From the NCBI GenBank assembly GCA_041223485.1, contig JBCLQI010000005.1: a stretch of 64,000 bases of DNA. One strand, 5' to 3'. Within the stretch, counting starts at the first letter, position 1, and every line of letters starts with the position of its first letter. The position numbers were made by a program, and so were the translations under genes. Shown here piece after piece: positions 28,930 to 39,393 of the stretch. This DNA is from Lachnospiraceae bacterium 48-33 (GTDB lineage: Bacteria; Bacillota; Clostridia; Lachnospirales; Lachnospiraceae). The notes below the pieces were generated by a model. That model saw only the letters and a list, made by a program, of their open reading frames with translations, was not told the DNA's origin and did no database searches.

Positions 28930-31320
28930 TTATTCCGCCTTTACAGAATCCTTCTTTCCAATTCTTTGTGCTGCTATTCCTGCCATTAAAAGAATGATAC
29001 ATGGCAGCATACACATAATTCCTTCAAACCCATATTTATTCCAGAAATATGTCACTGTCAAAGGTCTCAGCACCGATAAAAAGGAAACAGCGGAAAATCC
29101 CATATATACAAGCCCTGCCGGAGCCAGCAGAAGCAATACGCACAGGAATACTGAAACCATCATATTTTTTGTTCTTCCTGAAAGAAATATGATAAACCCT
29201 GCCACAGCCGCCAGCATAATAAAACGAAATATCCATACAATCAGCAGAAGTCCTCCCAAAGATACTGTCAATGGAAATTTTGCAAATTCATCAAGGCTTT
29301 GTGCTGCTACCTGAAATTCCGTTATTCCATAAGTTTTGCTGATATTGTAAAATCCTGATAAGGTTGGCATAAGAAATACAAACAGCGTCACTATCAGCGC
29401 AACAGCACATTTTCTTCTGTACAGAATGCTTCGCCCTCTTTTGGTTGATTTTATAAATTTATCTGCATTCTGGCTGCCCTCATAGCTTTTAATACCGGCC
29501 AGAGAAACAATAAGAAATGCCAGCATAATCATAGCTTCTCCCGCACTTCGATGATTGCCTGCTGTGCCGAAATACATCTCATATCCAATTTTATTGACAA
29601 AGCCTGTATTAACGCCCTTTGCCTGTAAATCCTCAAGCCTCTCTGATAAATGGAGAAGGTTATCTACAATTTCCTGAGACTGCTCATACTGACGAATTTT
29701 TTTCAATTCCTGTTCATAATCCTCATTACTAAAAAACAACTTTGTGTATTCTGTATTTCCGTCTTCCATACTCTGTTCTAAAAGCTTTTCATATTGTGAG
29801 GTCTTTTCTCTGGAGGCGTCTGCCTTTTCCATCCACAGTCTGCTTTCCGATTGTAGATAAGCTGTTTTTTGCTCTGTCACAGGACCTTTTATCTGATTTA
29901 TATAGCTGTTGTAGATTGTTGTGCCATAATCATAATATATTTCCTGCACATCTATCATAAAATATGAAATAAGGCCCATTACAAATAGTATTAATATACA
30001 CTTCTGCTTTACAAATACCTTATAACATTCATGCAGAAATACAGAATTATGGCGATATGGCTTAAGCGCAAAGATTATTTTTTCATAAATACGCGCCCAC
30101 AGACTTTCTTTCTGTGAAAAAGGCTTTTGTCTGCCTAAAATCACAGCCAACACACATACGAACAGCAAAAGCAGCGGAACTGTGTATAAAAGCAGAGTAT
30201 ATACTCCCACAGGATTTCCAAAAAAATTCAGATTCTGATAGTGCGAAAGTGTATATCCACTATCTAAAAATCCAAATAAATTCATATATTTCAGCCTGTT
30301 AAGAGAAGACTGAGTCCCAATTTCCGTATAGGCATAATATTCTCCCGCCAAAATCGCTGCCAGAACCGCAAACGCTGCTGTATGGCTTTTTAAGGAAGAT
30401 ACTGCTGCCCAGAATATCATGCCGATAAAAGTGCATACTATGATTTTTGTAAAAATAACAAGAAACAGCCCTGTTCCCATGCTGACTGTCAAAACGCAAC
30501 CGGAAAATTCGGGATTTGACTGAACTGCTCTTGAGATATCCCCAAAACCGCCATATGTACCGCCTGTGATAATAAGATTTTCTCCTTCAAGAAGAATTCC
30601 TGCGAAAGCTACTGCCAAAAACATGGAAATACAGCGAAAAAATGCCAGTCTGCTTCTGCCCTGAGGCAGAGAATATACAAAATGCCAAAGGCCCTTTTTT
30701 CGCTCTTCCAGCATAATCAAAACTGTAACTATTGCCTGAATCATAAGAAACAGCCCTGTTAGTGTACATTTTGTAAATGCATTGACAGCTCTTTCATTGT
30801 CAAGCTTTAATGTCAGTGTTTTTAACGGAGCATAATCTTTTACGGTTTTGTCTATATTTTTTCTGGAAAAACTCCCTTCTGTTCCCAGAGCGGAAACTTC
30901 TCTCATTTTTTCCGCGGATTCGTCGATTCCCTGAAGATAATTTTGATATCCGGCAATGTAATCGACCTGTTCTCTGACACTCGATATGGCGGCAACCTCT
31001 ATATCTTTTTTTGAAAGGGAAAAATCTTCTTCTATTTCCTCCTCACGCTTTTCAAAAACTTCCTCCCAGTATGCTTCGAAATAAGCGGCAAGCTCCGAAG
31101 CCAGCTCGTCCATATCCCTTGTCTGATATTGCTTTATCAGCTCTTTGTATTTTTCATTTTCATCTTTTATGTAATTCCCCTGATAATTTTCTTCATAATA
31201 TTCTTTCAGGTCTTTTTCCGGTTTCTGGTCATTCCATATAAACCATGCGTTGAGAATAAGCAGAAGAAACAAGGCACCAATATATTTTCTGCTAAAAAAA
31301 ATTCTTTTTAATTCCTGCAT
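28930..31320 (-). CDS. ABC-2-type exporter permease, fused double-domain (796 aa)
   Basis: Two blocks of multiple transmembrane helices separated by a large charged coiled-coil-like insert. Immediately downstream of the ABC ATPase on the same strand. Confidence 0.55.
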   Translation of the reverse strand: MQELKRIFFSRKYIGALFLLLILNAWFIWNDQKPEKDLKEYYEENYQGNYIKDENEKYKELIKQYQTRDMDELASELAAYFEAYWEEVFEKREEEIEEDFSLSKKDIEVAAISSVREQVDYIAGYQNYLQGIDESAEKMREVSALGTEGSFSRKNIDKTVKDYAPLKTLTLKLDNERAVNAFTKCTLTGLFLMIQAIVTVLIMLEERKKGLWHFVYSLPQGRSRLAFFRCISMFLAVAFAGILLEGENLIITGGTYGGFGDISRAVQSNPEFSGCVLTVSMGTGLFLVIFTKIIVCTFIGMIFWAAVSSLKSHTAAFAVLAAILAGEYYAYTEIGTQSSLNRLKYMNLFGFLDSGYTLSHYQNLNFFGNPVGVYTLLLYTVPLLLLFVCVLAVILGRQKPFSQKESLWARIYEKIIFALKPYRHNSVFLHECYKVFVKQKCILILFVMGLISYFMIDVQEIYYDYGTTIYNSYINQIKGPVTEQKTAYLQSESRLWMEKADASREKTSQYEKLLEQSMEDGNTEYTKLFFSNEDYEQELKKIRQYEQSQEIVDNLLHLSERLEDLQAKGVNTGFVNKIGYEMYFGTAGNHRSAGEAMIMLAFLIVSLAGIKSYEGSQNADKFIKSTKRGRSILYRRKCAVALIVTLFVFLMPTLSGFYNISKTYGITEFQVAAQSLDEFAKFPLTVSLGGLLLIVWIFRFIMLAAVAGFIIFLSGRTKNMMVSVFLCVLLLLAPAGLVYMGFSAVSFLSVLRPLTVTYFWNKYGFEGIMCMLPCIILLMAGIAAQRIGKKDSVKAE

Positions 31321-31332
31321 GACAATTCCCCT

Positions 31333-32220
31333 TTACTTCTTAAACCAGTACAGATATACATCTTCAAGATTCGGAGTGCCGTCTGCTCTCTGAAAACCTT
31401 CCGGACATTCGTCCTGTACAATGCGGTAGCGAAGTCCTTCTGCTGCTTGTGAAACATTCCCCTTTGGGTATTTTATCATAAGGTCTTTCAGTTCATTATG
31501 GTCGCAGAGTTTTTCAAATATTTTATCTGCGACGGATTGAATCAGTGCATGAGGCGTGTCTTCCGCCATCAGTTTGCCCTGTTTTAATAAAAGGATTTTG
31601 GAAGCAATACACTCGATATCACTGACTACATGAGTGGCAAGGATAACGATTCTTTTTCCTGAAAGCTCTGATACATAGTTACGGATTTTGATTCTCTCCT
31701 CCGGGTCAAGTCCTGCTGTTGGTTCATCAAGAATCAGTATTTCCGGTTCGTCAAGCATAGCTGCAACAAACATAAGCCTCTGACGCATACCGCCGGAATA
31801 TCCGCCGAGCTTTCTGTGACTGTCTTTTTTTAAACCTACAAGATTGAGATATTTTTCTATCTGCTTATCTGCCTCCTTTCTTTTTACCCCCTTTAAAGAA
31901 GCTACATAATACAAAAAACGCTCACCTGAAAAATGGTCATACATTCCCTGCTGCTGTGGCATATATCCGATTTTTTTACGGAAGGATGCGCCGAGCTTTA
32001 AAATTTCCTCGCTGTTGTATAAAATTTCGCCCGAACTTCGTTTAATGTTATCGGTGAGAAGATTCATAAGGGTACTTTTTCCTGCGCCGTTTGGACCTAA
32101 CAGACCATAGATGCCGGGAGTCAGGCGGGAAGTAAACTGATTGAGAACTGTTTTTTCTCCATATTTTTTTGTGACGTTTTTAAATTCCAGTATTGTCTGA
32201 TTGTCCATATTATTTATCAC
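31333..32220 (-). CDS. ABC transporter ATP-binding protein (ABC-2/NatA-like) with a C-terminal extension
   Basis: Walker A GPNGAGKST, signature YSGGMRQRL, Walker B ILILDEPT. Confidence 0.9.
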   Translation of the reverse strand: MINNMDNQTILEFKNVTKKYGEKTVLNQFTSRLTPGIYGLLGPNGAGKSTLMNLLTDNIKRSSGEILYNSEEILKLGASFRKKIGYMPQQQGMYDHFSGERFLYYVASLKGVKRKEADKQIEKYLNLVGLKKDSHRKLGGYSGGMRQRLMFVAAMLDEPEILILDEPTAGLDPEERIKIRNYVSELSGKRIVILATHVVSDIECIASKILLLKQGKLMAEDTPHALIQSVADKIFEKLCDHNELKDLMIKYPKGNVSQAAEGLRYRIVQDECPEGFQRADGTPNLEDVYLYWFKK

Positions 32221-32414
32221 TCCTGTTTTATATTAATTTACAATACTTTTTCCATACTTTGAATTTCTTTTTTATCCCTTTTTCTATTTCAAAACTGATA
32301 GATTTACCAGATAAATTTCTCTTGTTTCTAGCTTTTATTTGTTAAATAATACATACACAAATAAATAATTTTATTTCTTTTTTATTTTTTAACTTTTTTC
32401 TAAAATTCTTCTGT

Positions 32415-33770
32415 TTAATTTTCTTCTGTTTCAGAACCAATAATTTTTATTGGATGAATTTCACCCGTTTTTAGTTCTTCTTTGTCAAAATAATACCATT
32501 CAGACATATATACATGCATTAACATAAATTCATCGTCAATGGCACACAAACCTATCATTTTATTGTCTCCTATACGACAATCAAATGATGAAATATAATT
32601 TCCTTCACAGTCAAGAACAATACATTTTGTAATATTTTCTTCTTTATCTACCCAAGCCGTGGCATAAATATACTGTGTATCCCGAAACAAAAATATAGGG
32701 CTATAAGTTCCAAATCGTTCGTCATAATCAGCGAAATCCATAATTTTTTCCGTCAATCCATCTTTATTATATTTATATAAGCCAGTATCACTGCTGTCGG
32801 CATCGATATTAGTATATAAAAGAAAATCATTCCATGCCGTATAAGTACAAACCATTCTCTTTTCAAAAGGCAGCTTCTCTACTTCCTCTGATTCTGTATT
32901 AAACCGGTATAAATATCCTACTCCGTTTCCTATACTTATTTCAATATCCATAAAATATACATAAGAACCATACCCCCACATATTTGTTTCTGACGTCATG
33001 CGGTCTTTGTTTAAAGGCATAAGATATTCTCTTTTTTCATTTTTTCCTATTTTCATACGGGAAATATAATTGCTCATGTTATTATAGCAGGTATTGTCTG
33101 CAAGTCCTGATGTTCCAATATCATAAACATAATAAATATAACCTCTGTGAATAATCCAGTATATGGAATTGGACATAGAACCATATGAATCTGGCATTGC
33201 TACCATATCGCTTTTATAAATTGTTGCAAGTACACATACTTTTTCTTTTACGCTTCCATCAGGTGAAATTTTATATAATACCATTTCACGGCCTACCTCT
33301 TCATCGCCTTCCCATAGCGCATCCTGTTTTATCGTATATAAAGAACCTTCAAAATATTGAATACCACAAGAAAGAAAATAACCATTACAGTCTTTTGAGG
33401 TGTATGTATGTGTACATTGAGGTTTATTGCAGAGATTCATATAAGATTTTGTTTGTATATCTAAAATCTCTATCTCATTGAAAGGATGAAGATAAATAGT
33501 GTTTCCATTTGTAGTAATACCGCTGCCACCAGAATACCCTATAGAAAGACTATCATCTGTTTCTAAGTTATACGTCTGGTCTAAGACAACTGGTTTAAAA
33601 TTTTCAGGGTATTCAACAATCTTCGCACCTTCTGGCAGTTTTACTTCATTGCCCGTTTCATTTGCGATTGAATCATAAGATTCTTCTTGTTCCTTTTCAC
33701 TGTCCTTTGAACAGGAGGATAAAACAAATATTACTTCTAGAATAAAAATAAATAATTTTATCTTTTTCAT
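32415..33770 (-). CDS. Lipoprotein, probably beta-propeller-like, function unknown
   Basis: Lipobox VLSSC. Y/W/G-rich repeats with periodicity (YIYYVYD, YLYRFN). Confidence 0.45.
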   Translation of the reverse strand: MKKIKLFIFILEVIFVLSSCSKDSEKEQEESYDSIANETGNEVKLPEGAKIVEYPENFKPVVLDQTYNLETDDSLSIGYSGGSGITTNGNTIYLHPFNEIEILDIQTKSYMNLCNKPQCTHTYTSKDCNGYFLSCGIQYFEGSLYTIKQDALWEGDEEVGREMVLYKISPDGSVKEKVCVLATIYKSDMVAMPDSYGSMSNSIYWIIHRGYIYYVYDIGTSGLADNTCYNNMSNYISRMKIGKNEKREYLMPLNKDRMTSETNMWGYGSYVYFMDIEISIGNGVGYLYRFNTESEEVEKLPFEKRMVCTYTAWNDFLLYTNIDADSSDTGLYKYNKDGLTEKIMDFADYDERFGTYSPIFLFRDTQYIYATAWVDKEENITKCIVLDCEGNYISSFDCRIGDNKMIGLCAIDDEFMLMHVYMSEWYYFDKEELKTGEIHPIKIIGSETEEN

Positions 33771-33928
33771 TTTTGATTTTCTCCTTTTTCCTTTTTATAT
33801 ATTTTAAAAGTAGCTTTTGTACAAGAGAACTGTTGCATTAAGTAAAAAAATATACAATAAATTAATATTAAATCTGATAATATTTTGCAATTCTATTACT
33901 TAATACAACAATTCTATTTGAATATTAA

Positions 33929-34363
33929 TTATAAAAGGTCATTTACATTTCCTGTCAAAGACTTAACTAAATCCCATCCAGTACTGCCACCAAATGACCG
34001 ATATCCATAAGCATCATATTTGCCATAAACTCTCGACAATGCACTTCCACTGTCTCTCCAGCTTTTAAAGGAACCTATTGACTTTTGCTTTATTGTCTTA
34101 TCCTTATTTGATGTATTTACATAACCTGAAGCTGCTGTTGCTCCATTTATCGAATAAGCTAGCTTCATATCTACGCCCAGATATGTTTCCTGAGAATAAC
34201 TTAATGTAACAGTCATTGAATGATAAATTTCATCACCCAAAACTTGAGGTCTGCCATAACCTACATTTAATTTAAACTCATATGCAGCAAACGCACTTAT
34301 ACTCTGTCCAATTGCCATAATACCAACCAGTCCTAATGTAGCAAGCTTTTTTCCTAATTTCAT
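33929..34363 (-). CDS. Small secreted beta-rich protein (144 aa), divergent third paralog of the bacteriocin-like family
   Basis: Signal peptide ending SAFAA. Mature part is S/T/Y/G-rich. It sits behind the same conserved upstream element as the 38612 and 41657 genes. Confidence 0.5.
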   Translation of the reverse strand: MKLGKKLATLGLVGIMAIGQSISAFAAYEFKLNVGYGRPQVLGDEIYHSMTVTLSYSQETYLGVDMKLAYSINGATAASGYVNTSNKDKTIKQKSIGSFKSWRDSGSALSRVYGKYDAYGYRSFGGSTGWDLVKSLTGNVNDLL

Positions 34364-34429
34364 TATTTCGCCTTCTTTCTTTAATCAAATACATTCGAAA
34401 TCTATTATCCTTTTCTACTATCTCTCACT

Positions 34430-34560
34430 GTTTGTAACCAGTCAAATCTAATCAACAAAAATAATAGCTTCTTCAACAGTTACCATTTTGATGATTTACT
34501 TTTGTTTAAACCAGTTGAATAATTTTTCCAACCAGTCAGTTGACAAAAACATCATAATTT
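34430..34560 (-). promoter_or_regulatory. Conserved upstream element with LytTR-like repeats (ACAGTTACC, ACCAGTTGA, ACCAGTCAGTTGACAAAAA) and a TTGACT -35 box
   Basis: The same ordered motif set recurs at 39150-39270 and 42198-42316, each upstream of a small secreted-protein gene. Confidence 0.4.
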
Positions 34561-34944
34561 CTCTTTTCGTGTACACTTTATTATCACTTTGTTTAAACAC
34601 TTTTATTTTATTGCTTCTTACAAAAATTGTCAACTAGCCAAACATAATCGTCCGTTTTTTTGCATAATCGTCTCAAATATATACTTTTATATTAATTCCA
34701 TTTATCCTATTTGTATAATTATTGTTGTCAAAAATTTTCCATTCTTTTCTTCTATTCTACTACCAGTTCTATTTGCCTTTTTTCGCTATTTCTATTCCAT
34801 AATCTGATTATATAACTGTTACTCTCTTTTTATTTATGTATAATTTACCATTCATTTACTTAAATCTCATAATTTTATACAATAAAAAATTAAAGTTATA
34901 ATATAAAATAATCAGCAACTATATAACTCTGATTTTAATATTCT

Positions 34945-35607
34945 TTAATTTTCATTTTTCCCATTTAACATGATAATCTCATCTGCATACTCTTTTACCC
35001 CTTCGTTATGTGATACTGCAATCACTGTATGTCCTTGTTCTGCCAATGTTTTAAGATTTGAAAACACAATTTTCTCATTTTCTTCATCCAGATTTCCTGT
35101 CGGTTCATCAGCAAGAATAATATCCGGATTATTTGCAAGTGCACGGGCAATACATACTCTCTGTTGTTCTCCTCCACTCATTTGTGATGGCAGGGAATCT
35201 GCAAGCTTTTTTACTCCAAATCTTTCAAGAAGATTTTCTGCACGTTTTTTTCGTTCTTTTTTTGAAATTTCAGGGTTAATTCTCATAGGCACAATCACAT
35301 TTTCCAGAGCATTTAAATATGGGTTCAGATAAAATCCCTGAAAGACAAAACCAAGATTTTTCATTCTAAGCTTTGCTTTTTCCTTTTCCGTCAGTCCATT
35401 TATATTGTTCCCATTAATATAAATTTCCCCTTCTGTGGCATTGTCTATTGTACCGATAATATTTAACAAAGTAGATTTTCCCGCACCAGAACGACCCATA
35501 ATGGCATAAAATTTTCCTTTCTCAAACTCATATGAAATGTTGTTTAATACTTTTACATCGTTTTTATATATTTTTACTACTTTTTTTACATCTACAATTA
35601 TTTCCAT
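34945..35607 (-). CDS. ABC transporter ATP-binding protein (MacB/FtsE-like, lactococcin-972-group-like)
   Basis: Walker [10 protein letters not shown], signature MSGGEQQRV, Walker B IILADEPT. Only 220 aa. Confidence 0.9.
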   Translation of the reverse strand: MEIIVDVKKVVKIYKNDVKVLNNISYEFEKGKFYAIMGRSGAGKSTLLNIIGTIDNATEGEIYINGNNINGLTEKEKAKLRMKNLGFVFQGFYLNPYLNALENVIVPMRINPEISKKERKKRAENLLERFGVKKLADSLPSQMSGGEQQRVCIARALANNPDIILADEPTGNLDEENEKIVFSNLKTLAEQGHTVIAVSHNEGVKEYADEIIMLNGKNEN

Positions 35608-35689
35608 TTTTTATATTCCTTTCTTATATTTTTATCAATACTAACAAAAAATCCAAATATACAAGCATGCAACTTGTTGATATGTTCAG

Positions 35690-36277
35690 TTAAAATAAGG
35701 TCTTCTTTATTACCCAAAATATAATTAAAAAGTTCCATATTACGAAAACAAGTAAAACAATCCAGATAACAAGCAGTTGAAAGTCCGCTCTTTCATCCAT
35801 CATTGTCACAAGTCCCAAAAATATCTTTTGCTTACATAAATAATTCCATGTATTATATGCAATAATACTTCCTGTAATAAATGAAAGCAGTGTCTCTATC
35901 ATTTTTCCAAAATACAAAGCTCCTGTCTGTCTCTGTTTTGTATATCCCAATATCTGAAACAGCTTAATATGTTTGTCTTCTTTTATAATATCTAACCTTA
36001 ATTTCAAAGCATATACCACCAGACAAAAAACAGAAATAATTCCGACCAAAATCAGAATCATCCATAAAATGGCGCCCATTTTCTCTCTAATAAATGCATC
36101 ATTGATTGAAGCCACTTCCAGACTGTTTTTATACCATTTATTTTTGACCATTCTCTGTATCCGCATGGCTACATGACAGCATATCATAAGCACTGCTATA
36201 AGACATGAAATAAACAGGATATTTCCAATTGTTGTTTTCCAGTCTGAAATCATTTTTTTTATAATATATCTCATCAT
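35690..36277 (-). CDS. FtsX-like four-helix membrane protein (half-permease, 195 aa)
   Basis: Four transmembrane helices with an FtsX-like conserved loop (FQILGYTKQR). Lies 4 bp downstream of the 416-aa permease. Confidence 0.55.
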   Translation of the reverse strand: MMRYIIKKMISDWKTTIGNILFISCLIAVLMICCHVAMRIQRMVKNKWYKNSLEVASINDAFIREKMGAILWMILILVGIISVFCLVVYALKLRLDIIKEDKHIKLFQILGYTKQRQTGALYFGKMIETLLSFITGSIIAYNTWNYLCKQKIFLGLVTMMDERADFQLLVIWIVLLVFVIWNFLIIFWVIKKTLF

Positions 36278-36281
36278 ATAG

Positions 36282-37532
36282 CTATCCCTCTGATTTTATT
36301 TCATTCAGCAATTCTATCTTTTTTAACTGTTGTAAAATCATATAAACAGCAGTACACATAACAACAACTAATATTATCACTCCATAATAGAAAGTATTTA
36401 CAGAGAACTGCATATGAATAATTCCATATTCCATAGGAAGCAGGTTTTGAATTCCCAGATTTTCAAGCATTAATGTAATCATTACAACAATAAAAGAAAC
36501 AAACAAAACCGGAATTAACCGAATGGCATATTCCATTCCAAAAATAGAAACAAGATTTTTTCTGGTGTATCCCTGTACTATATATATGGCGACTTCCTTT
36601 TTTCTTCCTCCTATATCGTTTCCTATCATAATAATCATCATAATGATAACTGTAATAAGGAGAATCATGGTAAGAATCATACCTATAAACTGAATAAAGG
36701 AGAATATAGTTTGTAATCCTCCATCACTATTGTATTCCGTAAATCCGCTAGCATCTATCCTATCTGTTATTTCATACCTTACTTCATTAAGGTTTTCACG
36801 GCTGTCCAAAACAACAGCATAATAATATTCCATTTCATAACCTATATAATGGCTTCTGTCATAATCACCGCTTTCCTCCATAGCTTTTCTAAGTTCCTCT
36901 TCAACTCCTTCCATACATTTTTCTGACAAAAACACTGCATCTTCGGGATTTAAGAATGCCATATCTGTTCCTGTCACTGCATAAATATTGTCATATGTTC
37001 CTGACACTGTACATTCAAATTCAATTTCATTATCCAGATAATTTGTCAGATATAGTTTTAATGTATTTCCTATATACTTGGAACCATCTATATAGTTTCC
37101 ATTTTCTGTTGCATACATATAGTGTGGCAGCAAAATTTCATTTTTTTCTGGAAGTATCCCTTTTACTAAGTAATCCTTATAACTATCTGAACAAGACTTT
37201 AAGGATAAATTTACTCTTTCTTCCTCCTTTATCCCTTCCACATCTATTGCAATTGCATTTATATAAGGATAAATATCCGAAATATGTTTCATGCTAATGC
37301 TTAATTCTTTTAACTGTGAATATAAAGTACCATCTCTGTCATGGTAAATGATATTTCTTGCCATAGGAGTTTCATTTGTCAACTGAACAGCTTTATTAAT
37401 AGAAAATGCCATAGAATTTATTAAAAAATAAATAAACAGGGCCAAAAACAAGATAAAAAATAAAAGCTTTCCTATTTTCTGTCTTCCTCTTATATTATGA
37501 AAGGCAATGCAAAACATTTCCCCAATATTCAT
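36282..37532 (-). CDS. FtsX-like ABC permease with a large extracytoplasmic domain (copy A)
   Basis: TM1, a ~270-aa extracytoplasmic domain, then three C-terminal transmembrane helices with an FtsX motif (VQGYTRKNL). ATGA overlap with the upstream gene. Confidence 0.7.
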   Translation of the reverse strand: MNIGEMFCIAFHNIRGRQKIGKLLFFILFLALFIYFLINSMAFSINKAVQLTNETPMARNIIYHDRDGTLYSQLKELSISMKHISDIYPYINAIAIDVEGIKEEERVNLSLKSCSDSYKDYLVKGILPEKNEILLPHYMYATENGNYIDGSKYIGNTLKLYLTNYLDNEIEFECTVSGTYDNIYAVTGTDMAFLNPEDAVFLSEKCMEGVEEELRKAMEESGDYDRSHYIGYEMEYYYAVVLDSRENLNEVRYEITDRIDASGFTEYNSDGGLQTIFSFIQFIGMILTMILLITVIIMMIIMIGNDIGGRKKEVAIYIVQGYTRKNLVSIFGMEYAIRLIPVLFVSFIVVMITLMLENLGIQNLLPMEYGIIHMQFSVNTFYYGVIILVVVMCTAVYMILQQLKKIELLNEIKSEG

Positions 37533-38350
37533 TCCATTTCCTCCAAAAAATTACTGATTTTGTCCGAATAAAAATTCATTTTTTCTCCTTTTTCATTATA
37601 AACGACAACTTCCAATACTTCGGCATATCGGTTTGTACTTTTACTGTCTGCAATAACTCCATTAAAATATACCACGTCAAGATATCCTTTTTTTTCAGCT
37701 ATCTGAAATCTGGCAGTGCCATTAGAAGTCAGTCCGTTTCTGGTTATTTTCTTTACTTTTATATCAGTGAATAAATATTGTTGAAATTGATTCCAGTCAT
37801 ATACCTTTTCTTTTGACATTTTTTCAATATCAGAAATGGTAATCTCACAGATATTATCTTCCAAAACCTGCTTTAACATATCATACAATTCATCACCTTG
37901 TTCCTTATGGATACTGGTATAACTTATTAACTCCTTTATTCCACTATTTACTACTCCATTCTCTTCCATGCCAATATCAACAAAGTATTTATCTTCCCCC
38001 TCATTTGCTAAATAATACAATCGTTGATTATCTTTTCCTAATAATATAATTGAAAAATCTTTATTGTCTTTTAGTTCTGAATTTATATAACTTGGTTTCA
38101 TTTTCACCTTCTTTAATTCTTCAATAATATCATTTATTACTTCTGTTTTATATGTTATACCAGATTGGATATTCGGTTTCTGATTTGTATCTTCTCCTAT
38201 ATAGATTTGAATTGCTTCAATTTCCATTGTAGTATCTTTCATATAAAATGTATATTTTTTTCTTCCAAAAAAGAAATATACAGTATATGTAACAAAAATT
38301 GCTATAAACAGCATAATGATAGCAAGTATAATTTTTTTCTTTTTTTTCAT
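37529..38350 (-). CDS. Membrane-anchored extracytoplasmic protein of unknown function (copy A, 273 aa)
   Basis: MKKKKKIIL plus a transmembrane anchor, then a soluble domain. Translationally coupled to the FtsX permease. Confidence 0.5.
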   Translation of the reverse strand: MKKKKKIILAIIMLFIAIFVTYTVYFFFGRKKYTFYMKDTTMEIEAIQIYIGEDTNQKPNIQSGITYKTEVINDIIEELKKVKMKPSYINSELKDNKDFSIILLGKDNQRLYYLANEGEDKYFVDIGMEENGVVNSGIKELISYTSIHKEQGDELYDMLKQVLEDNICEITISDIEKMSKEKVYDWNQFQQYLFTDIKVKKITRNGLTSNGTARFQIAEKKGYLDVVYFNGVIADSKSTNRYAEVLEVVVYNEKGEKMNFYSDKISNFLEEME

Positions 38351-38611
38351 TCAGTCACCTTTTAAAAATAATTAAACAAAAAGGCTGCCGCCATAGAAAA
38401 TATAATATAACATATAGTGATTTTTTACTTTAATATATACTATATCCTATATGTGTTTTGCTTAATGCGACAGCCCGCCTCTCACACCAGCATGTATATT
38501 ATTCAATACATAGAAAATTAATAAGTAACACTTAGTTTTTGACATAGTAATCCAATATACAAAACAATCCTATACATGCTGTTTTATGTTTTCAAACTTT
38601 ACAATTTTATT

Positions 38612-39025
38612 TTACCATGTATCGCTAAATGATGAGATTCTATAACTAGCAGTTGCATCACTGCCAAAACTATAATGTCTTGTTCCACTGGATACATTAT
38701 CAAAGGTCCATGAATATTGTATACCCATAGTTGCTGTTGTAATTGCAATATCATGATAAATCTCAGCAGATGAACCAAAAAGTGATTTTTTAGAAATACT
38801 AATACTAGCTGTACCTTTTGCGTATGTTTTATTAAAACTTACTTTCATCGTGTGTGAAGCTTTATTTGCAAATTTAACATCCTCACTAGCCCATGATTTC
38901 CATCCAGCCTCAACTGTAAACGGGTCCTTATAAGAATATGAATTTGTACCTGCTAACACACTAGCACTCATTGCAACAATAGCTGCCATACTGGCAATAC
39001 CTATTTTTAATTTATTTTTTATCAT
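38612..39025 (-). CDS. Small secreted beta-rich protein ending in Trp (copy A, 137 aa); possible lactococcin-972-like bacteriocin
   Basis: Signal peptide ending SVLAGT. Mature ~110 aa, S/T/Y/W-rich with alternating strands, C-terminal ...SFSDTW. Confidence 0.55.
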   Translation of the reverse strand: MIKNKLKIGIASMAAIVAMSASVLAGTNSYSYKDPFTVEAGWKSWASEDVKFANKASHTMKVSFNKTYAKGTASISISKKSLFGSSAEIYHDIAITTATMGIQYSWTFDNVSSGTRHYSFGSDATASYRISSFSDTW

Positions 39026-39149
39026 TTAATTTTCTTCCTTTCCCAACTTAAATTCATTTAAAGCTCATTATTTCTTTATATCCATTTTTACGAGTCATCA
39101 TATTGAACATGATGACCTGTCTATACATTTATGTGTCTGAATATTTGCA

Positions 39150-39270
39150 TCTAGTCAAATCAGTATAGAAAAATAATAGCTTCATCAATAGTTACCTTTT
39201 GATGTCCTGTTTTTTCTAAACTAGTCAAAAAAATCATTCTAACCAGTCAATCAAAAAAATATCATAATAT
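39150..39270 (-). promoter_or_regulatory. Conserved upstream element with LytTR-like repeats (copy A)
   Basis: CTAGTCAAATC...ATAGTTACC...ACCAGTCAATCAAAAAAATATCATAAT, colinear with the 34430 and 42198 elements. Confidence 0.4.
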
Positions 39271-39289
39271 TTTCTTTCCATATACACAT

Positions 39290-39393
39290 CAGCATATCAT
39301 AAGCACTGCCATAAGACATGAAATAAACAGGATATTTCCAATTGTTGTTTTCTAGTCTGAAATCATTTTTTTATAATATATCTCATCATATAG
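39290..39393 (-). pseudogene. Remnant of the 5' end of the 195-aa FtsX-like gene left at the duplication junction
   Basis: About 100 bp nearly identical to 36178-36281, which is the start of the 35690..36277 gene. It is followed directly by the small-protein upstream region instead of the rest of the gene. Confidence 0.5.

Noticed and set aside
28754-29014. 86-aa minus-strand ORF between the C39-like gene and the permease
   Set aside because: It lies in an intergenic region containing a long inverted repeat and overlaps the permease 3' end. No ribosome-binding site. Probably non-coding.
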